The translations under genes and the position numbers were made by a program. Shown in pieces: positions 43,701 to 45,129 of a stretch of 45,129 nt of DNA. The notes beneath the pieces are model-generated. The model worked only from the letters and a program-made list of their open reading frames with translations, had not been told where the DNA came from and ran no database searches. Source of the DNA: Sandaracinaceae bacterium (GTDB taxonomy: Bacteria; Myxococcota_A; Polyangia; Polyangiales; Sandaracinaceae); assembly GCA_044220955.1 (NCBI GenBank), contig JBGAQA010000054.1, positions 1 through 45,129 on the forward strand, in the 5' to 3' direction. How positions within the stretch are numbered: position 1 is the first letter of the stretch; each line of letters begins with the position of its first letter.

Positions 43701-45129
43701 CGCCGCTCGCGTGGACGCAGCGCCCGTCGGCGTCGTAGCGCCACGTGAACCGGTAGCCGCGCGCGTCGCGCCACTCGGTGAGGCGATGCGCCGCGTCGTA
43801 CGCGAGCCGCTGCTCGTGGGCCTCGGCGTCGCGCGTCGCGACGAGACAGCCGTCCTCGTACGCGAGCGCGGCCCGCTCGACGCCGCGCTCGTCGTGGATC
43901 GCGACGATCAGACTCGCCGCGTCACGACGCACGACCAGCTCCCGATCGCCGAGGCGCAGCGCGCGCAGACGGCCCCCGCCGTCGCGCTCGATCGTGATGG
44001 TGCCGCGCTCGGTCCGGATCGCGTCGAGCCGCGCCGCGCGCACGCCGGGCGTCGCGGCGAACACCATGGTCTCGCCGGCGTGACTGACCTCGTAGCGCCC
44101 CGCGTCCTGGCGAACGACGACGTACCCGTCGACGGCGAGCCGATCGCGCCCCCGGAACGGGGGAAACTCGACGCTCACGCCCTCGTGGTCGACGTAGCGC
44201 ACGCGGTGCAGCCACACGTCGAGCTCTCGCTCGTAGCCGTGCCGCATCCCGCGGCCGCACTCGCCGACGCGGTCGCGCGCGCGGCTGTCGTAGCGACGCG
44301 AGAAGCGCAGGCCGTCACCGAGATCGACGTCGAGGTGATCGGCGAAGACGTGGCCCGTGACGGCGTCGACCGGCTCCCCGAAGACCGCGCACCGCCAGCT
44401 CCGGCCCTGCGCGCGTCGCCGCCGCGCTCGGATGGCGAGCGCCCGGAGGTTGCGGACCCAGCGGGCCACGTAGCCGTTGGTGATCGTGCCGAGCTCCGGC
44501 ATCGGCAGGCCGCCGACCATCACGAGCGAGGGGGCACCGACCGGGATGGCGACGCCCGCCCCGCAGCTGCCGAGCGGCGGCGGCAGCCCGATCACGTTGT
44601 GCAGCGCCGAGAGCGTCGTGTCGGCGACGGCCTGGACCGCCCCGAGGGAGGCCTGCACGACCTCGCCTACGGCGGCCTCCCTCGCGACCTCGACGGGGAC
44701 CGCGTCGTCCGCGAGGTCGTGGACCGCGGCCGCGCCGTGCGCGATCGCGCCCGTCGCGATGCCGGCGAGCGTCATGTGATCCATCGCGGCGCTGAAGGCG
44801 CGCGCCGCGGCGGCCGGAGCGCCGGTGCCCGCGAGCGGCGAGCGCACCAGCGGGCAGTGCTCGGTGATGTCGAGGAGGCGCGCCGCGCGCTTGCCTCCGA
44901 CGTACACGCTCGCCGAGCCAGTGAAGATGCGGAAGACGGGCGCCGGGCACGTCGGCGCGAACCCGACGTCGCCCGTGCGCAGCATCGGCAGCCCGCCCAT
45001 CCGCGCCACCGCGTTGTCCAGCACGCTGTTCGCCGGCCGCGGCGCGGGGCGCGGCGGCTGGAGCTCGGCGGTCGTGATCGGACGGATCCGCTCGGGGTCC
45101 TGACCGGCCGCGGCGGTGATCTCGCGCAC
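40768..45129 (-). CDS. PAAR-DUF6531-Rhs polymorphic toxin with PD-(D/E)XK-like nuclease tip (5'-truncated)
   Basis: GSASVYVGGKRAAR (PAAR), GEPVDAVTG..FSRRYDS (DUF6531-like), many YD/RD..GR repeats, core LRWPGH..HNRFRAYDP..YLQPDP, PLLDVDLEGL cleavage-like motif, tip FDGVW...IVVESKGG. Confidence 0.92.
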   Translation of the reverse strand: MREITAAAGQDPERIRPITTAELQPPRPAPRPANSVLDNAVARMGGLPMLRTGDVGFAPTCPAPVFRIFTGSASVYVGGKRAARLLDITEHCPLVRSPLAGTGAPAAAARAFSAAMDHMTLAGIATGAIAHGAAAVHDLADDAVPVEVAREAAVGEVVQASLGAVQAVADTTLSALHNVIGLPPPLGSCGAGVAIPVGAPSLVMVGGLPMPELGTITNGYVARWVRNLRALAIRARRRRAQGRSWRCAVFGEPVDAVTGHVFADHLDVDLGDGLRFSRRYDSRARDRVGECGRGMRHGYERELDVWLHRVRYVDHEGVSVEFPPFRGRDRLAVDGYVVVRQDAGRYEVSHAGETMVFAATPGVRAARLDAIRTERGTITIERDGGGRLRALRLGDRELVVRRDAASLIVAIHDERGVERAALAYEDGCLVATRDAEAHEQRLAYDAAHRLTEWRDARGYRFTWRYDADGRCVHASGEDGQWSCDLAYARNATAVTHASGLVETLHFDAYGTVLRITRSDGAFRLLEQDETGRVVRERDAAGRVVEWLYDEIGAHVGRRDRFGNALVPEHEVTRDTPGPLVLPEPPAALAAQLGVDSTAAGPAPAVPAELEALASWALPPPDGRDAWSAERDGLGRVVRAVDPRGRAVSLRRDGAGNVVSVVDRDGRETRVLVTGWNLAGSCVDPLGRRIDVTYTPTEEVRSYRDARGVLTEYGRDGADRLTSITRGGRLVETYAYDAGDRLLEKRDALGALVLRVTHGDDALPARIELAEGDAVELEHDACGRVARARQGDHDAHLVRDAQGGVLEDRCGERGLRRRSVGGIETITLLDRFETRIERTGELIFVRDPTGRLSSFDLSARGRVVRHLGNGTREILAFDPAGNLEGRLAHRRASDGALASWAVRYERSGEGDLLGVWDTARGERRFEVDAAHRLEAEADERGARHAFTHDAGDDVVARGAELTTEGLLRSTADERFEHDARGRVCLRTDALGRRTRYHHDSLDQLVRAELPDGSVWRGGYDGLGRLRRFGVAGRETTLHWDGARIAAEERHDGALRVHVYLDARALVPFAFVDYASADAEPESGRSFFVFHDASGMPTQIEDASGRTVWWADRVDPYGTITLHEGAEVDYALRWPGHVFDPALGLHHNRFRAYDPRLARYLQPDPIGHAGSPHGLYAYAPNPLLDVDLEGLACPGRRTHGVDESAEGRPLRPDPPGTLRNVLGRLYDAVTGAFVNDPRARGPRRPTLHRTRVEISDERQASIAGSRAAREHLAARSRELAAAERAERGGRTHEAEQARARARRESEQLGVLASEAEMRRRYPDAEPMHQGEGPGTFDGVWRNHSPPPSYIVVESKGGGAGESSSRLLANGERAQQGTPEYRDDVARQMVADGERRGDRALRDAGQAILDGGSDVAYLGVHQSIRSDGSLGPIHTYSYRQSVRTDGTVSRAGGRER

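Noticed and set aside
39346..45129. Toxin locus as a mobile or foreign island
   Set aside because: No integrase, transposase, tRNA or visible drop in GC content.

Overview
Very GC-rich, gene-dense chromosomal segment. MYXO-CTERM tails, TIGR02266-type domains, DUF4215-like Cys repeats and 'DAG'-rich lipoprotein linkers point to a myxobacterium, probably Polyangiales/Sandaracinaceae-like (inference). About 43 CDS are supported. They include housekeeping gatCAB and arfB, two paralogous tandem-USP genes (one heading a coupled USP-phosphotransferase-APS-kinase-like operon), a sulfatase/esterase pair and two tandem TIGR02266/PilZ-like paralogs sharing an unnamed N-terminal domain. There are many secreted or lipoprotein genes, a TPR-PEGA/Ser-Thr kinase/lipoprotein operon, and at the right end a 5'-truncated PAAR-Rhs toxin with a PD-(D/E)XK-like tip followed by Imm49-like and a second candidate immunity gene. 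Most unusual: (i) an apparent polyprotein with a Zn-PLC/Het-C-like enzyme, an INTERNAL MYXO-CTERM, a second signal peptide and a beta-barrel in one ORF; (ii) a -10 hexamer about 6 nt before the start codon of most operon-first genes, suggesting pervasive leaderless transcription. No rRNA, tRNA, CRISPR array or transposase was seen. All family assignments come from motif recognition by eye, not database searches.
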